From the NCBI GenBank assembly GCA_043228905.1, contig JBHGNT010000431.1, positions 1-26,106 of the forward strand: a stretch of 26,106 nucleotides of DNA, in the 5' to 3' direction. Below are positions 22,948 to 26,106 of this stretch, one piece after another. The notes under the pieces are model-generated. The model was not told the DNA's origin. It saw only the letters and a list, made by a program, of their open reading frames with translations, and ran no database searches. Position numbers and translations under genes: made by a program. Source of the DNA: Azolla caroliniana. Its lineage: Eukaryota > Plantae > Polypodiophyta. The stretch's first letter is position 1. Each line of letters opens with the position of its first letter.

Positions 22948-23061
22948 GATGGTTGAGGTTTGGTGCGCCTGCCGACGCGCTTCAACAGCCTTCATGGGTG
23001 CGGCTGCATGCTCACCGCAGCTGTACGTTTCACACCTGGGCCTTACGCCCCATTTTAGCCA

Positions 23062-23737
23062 ACCGTCTTCTTGCTGTCCACCTCAAGTGCGACCGGGATT
23101 TTATTGCTGTTGTTGTTAACTGCGACCGGGATTATTTCCCCAAGACATTAAACATAAATCAATCCATTTGCCCACCGTCTTCTTGTTGTCCACTTTAAGT
23201 GCGATCGGGATTTTGTTGCCCAAGGCGTTAAACAGTAATCCAATCCAATCCAATACAGCGAAGCGTTCAAATAGTATGAATCAAATCATTGTGAAGCTTT
23301 CGTTGCTGAATCATTGTTACTCAATGCAACCGAAAACCGAATGTTGCATGTTGACGCCCGAGTGAACGAATGAATCAATGAATGAATGAATGAGTCTTTT
23401 ACGCCCTGAAGAGGAAGAATGCACGTCCGATGGCTTCCTGATCCATGTAGTTTTCCGATGAATCGATTCCGGTGTGAGTGCTCAAGGACTGAATGATTGG
23501 CTCCGCCCATAAAACGAATAAATGCGGACCACTACTTTCAGTAATATGAATGTGAGAGATGAATCAGCAACGGGGATGCGCACGCGCTTGGATTGATGCG
23601 CACGCACTTGGATTGAAGAAATCAATCAATGAATTGATGCATGTTTACGCCTTGAAGCGGAATATCAACAACAACAAATTGATTAATGTCTTGGCCGCGA
23701 AGGCTTCTGTAGTATATAGAACAAGAAGACGTGGACT

Positions 23738-23784
<47 letters not shown>

Positions 23785-23828
23785 ATTGATTAACGTCTTG
23801 GCCGCGAGGGCGTCTATAGTATACAGAA
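23062..23828. repeat. Cluster of short repeated units with simple-repeat tails (putative LINE 3' termini)
   Basis: Units starting at 23062 and 23174; units at ~23666-23720 and ~23773-23828; (TCCAA)n, (TGAA)n and (AAC)n tracts. Confidence 0.7.
23738..23782. repeat. (AAC)15 microsatellite
   Basis: Direct read. Confidence 0.95.
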
Positions 23829-23835
23829 GTCTCAA

Positions 23836-24040
23836 GTCAGGGCACGGAGACTTCGCTGCTTACCATCGGCGGTTCGGCCATGAAGACGCAGAGCTGAAGT
23901 GTGAGTTCTGCGGCGAAGAAACGCATCGACTGCATCCCCTCAGCTGCCGGCAGCATGTGGAGCTGCGACGCTACCTCGTCGATAAGGATGGGCAACGCCT
24001 GCAATGGGCAACGCCTGCAACCGCACGTGTGGCCGCCTCT
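23836..24040 (+). mobile_element. Another LINE ORF2 C-terminal fragment
   Basis: SGHGDFAAYHRRFGHEDAELKCEFCGEETHRLHPLSC...VDKDG, homologous to 22700-22855. Confidence 0.8.
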
Positions 24041-24049
24041 CTTGAACAG

Positions 24050-24370
24050 ATGGACATGCCTGCCGACGGAGAGAGCACGGGGGCAAGCAGCGAAGGCTCA
24101 GTCTCCAGCCGCGATTCACCAGACGCGGAGAACATCAGGGTGACGCCGTCAATCACTGATCACGACAGTACGCGCTCATCAGTGGATGGGGGAAGTGCTT
24201 GGAGGAGGCACATCCCACCGGATGGGGAGAGCGAGTCCGGTAGCAGCTCAGCCGAGAGCGTAGAGCCAGACAGCAGCAGCAGCAGTGGAGAGGACGACTT
24301 AGACGTCGCCAGCTCAGCATCATCACAGGTCCCAGACGCCCAGAGCAACGCGTCTGAGGCTTCTGCATGA
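24050..24370 (+). CDS. Probable C-terminal Ser/acidic tail of LINE ORF1 (5'-truncated)
   Basis: Low-complexity open frame whose TGA (24368-24370) overlaps the ORF2 ATG (24367). Assigned by position only. Confidence 0.5.
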   Translation: MDMPADGESTGASSEGSVSSRDSPDAENIRVTPSITDHDSTRSSVDGGSAWRRHIPPDGESESGSSSAESVEPDSSSSSGEDDLDVASSASSQVPDAQSNASEASA

Positions 24371-26106
24371 TGATGAGCGACACACAGCACTTTCGGCGAC
24401 GGCGGGGACCTGGTCTTTCCTCCGCCGCCGCACCGGAGCAGCCCGAGTTACGCATTGTTCAGTACAACCTTCAGCGGAACAATGCAAGGCTGCTCTCCTT
24501 CGCAGAGTGCGCTGGCCGCGCTCAATGTGATGTCCTGCTGTTACAGGAGCCCTGGGCACGCAACAATGCCCAACCTGATTCTTCCTCTTCCCCCGATTGG
24601 ATAGTCGCGAACCCACTGGATTGGGTTGCGCACCTTCCACCTTCCTCCAAGCGCCCGAGGGTGGCGACACTAACGTCCGCCAAACTGGGGCAACTCTTCC
24701 AAATCACTCAGAGAGACGATCTAGTCAACATTGATTCATCGGATCTGGTCATTGTGGACATTACGAGCACAGCGACACAGCTCACCGTCGCACGCCTGAT
24801 AAATGTCTACAACCCTCCGCAGTCCTCCAAGCATCGATCCCAGGCGGACGGCCCTCCGCTCATAGAGACGCTTACTTCTCTGGAGCTACAGAGCTGCCCG
24901 ACTTTCGTTGCAGGAGACTTCAACCTCCGTCACACCTGCTGGTGGGGAGAGGTCGACGAGGCACACGTCACGGCAGAGGGTAGGCAGTTGGCCGACTGGA
25001 TCGCACGAGACCACTGGCAGCTTGGGCTCCAACCAGGCACTCGTACTCACCCCGCTGTGCACCCCGTTTCCAGCCTGGATCTAGTTCTCTTCAACCAACA
25101 GGCCTGTGCGCTCCCACGCGTGCAGTCAGAGGTGGCTGAAGAACTCAGCATGGGAAGCGACCATCTACCTGTCATTACTGAGATTACCTTGCACGTAGCC
25201 CCTCAAACGCCACCGAGGCGCTTCAACGTCAAGCTGGCTGACTGGGACAAGTTTTCAAGAGTATTGCTTCCCCATCTTGACAGGGCCACGGAGATGCTGG
25301 GCAGAGCAGCTGACCTCCACGCCAGGGGAGCTTGGGTCGGCAGAAGCGCTGCCCAACTGCTGGACGAGGTCGCAGAAGCGCTCCTGAACGCCATCGAGGC
25401 TGCGTTGGTCGAGTGCTGTCCCAGAAGCAAAGGCAGAGGCCGGCGGGGCGTGTCGCACTGGAACTTCGACTGTCACCAAGCCAACAAGGAGGTACAAGCG
25501 GCCGAGAAGCTCGTTCGGGACCTGCGTCGGGTGGGCAGCTGCACCAGAACGGAGACTCGGTCGCTAAACCACCTGAGGAGGCGTGCCAACAAGATACAGA
25601 GGGATGCGAGGAACCAATGTTTCGAAGAGCGCCTCTCGAGCTTGGCCGGGTCTGCCGTGTTCAAAACGATGCAGTGGGGCAAGGGTCTCAGGCCCTCGCA
25701 CTCACCTGCTCTTCTGGACACGGCAACAGGTGAGCACTGCACGGCATTGCATGACAAGGCCCGTTTGCTACACCGCACCTTGCTATCCCCTCCCACAGAA
25801 CCACCGGTGCTTCGGAGGAGAGCCGTCATACGCGCACCTGCAAGGCACGAGGGAGTCACCCTTGAGGAGGTGCGAAATGCCATCTTTGGCCCCGCCCAAA
25901 GCAAGGCAGCAGGCCCGGATGGTATCGGGTACAAGATTCTTCGGGAAAGCTGGGACCTAATGGGTGACCTCTTCCACCGGCTCTTTGACCTCTCTCTGCA
26001 TGCGGGTCACCATCCTGTGCCCTTTAAGGACGCCACCCTCATCGCCCTCAAAAAGGCAGGGAAACGCGACTGGGCAGCTCCTAGATCGTATCGTCTCATT
26101 GCGTTG
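24367..26106 (+). mobile_element. LINE ORF2: APE endonuclease + start of reverse transcriptase, open to the window end
   Basis: 580 codons with no stop seen: RIVQYNL, DVLLLQEPW, INVYNP, AGDFNLRH, LDLV, GSDHLPV, KAAGPDGI, FKDATLIALKK.GK, SYRLIAL. Absent from the ORF track because its stop lies outside the window. Confidence 0.95.

Noticed and set aside
23062-23828. CRISPR-like repeat array
   Set aside because: Eukaryotic context, irregular units in both orientations, no constant repeat-spacer period and no cas genes.

Overview
This is eukaryotic DNA with short ~55-90 nt spliceosomal introns (GTGAGT/GTAAGT donors, CTRAC/CTTAC-type branch points, YAG acceptors), most consistent with a basidiomycete fungus (inference). 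Bases 1-16.9 kb are gene-rich: a MAPEG-family gene, a long Ser-rich hypothetical gene whose segment is duplicated at the window start, a secreted M43 metalloprotease with 12 exons, an SCP2-domain protein ending in PTS1 (SRL), a class II aldolase/adducin gene and CPSF100/Cft2. From ~17.2 kb the window is a nested retroelement cluster: LINE 3' fragments, a rearranged Ty1/copia element lacking the integrase core and carrying a nested solo LTR, a stack of putative LINE 3' termini with microsatellite tails, and an open LINE ORF2 running off the end. The most striking observation is an apparent single-nucleotide exon (A at 8881) needed to keep the protease zinc-binding motif [11 protein letters not shown] in frame. 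Several genes show single-base frameshifts that probably reflect assembly indel errors.
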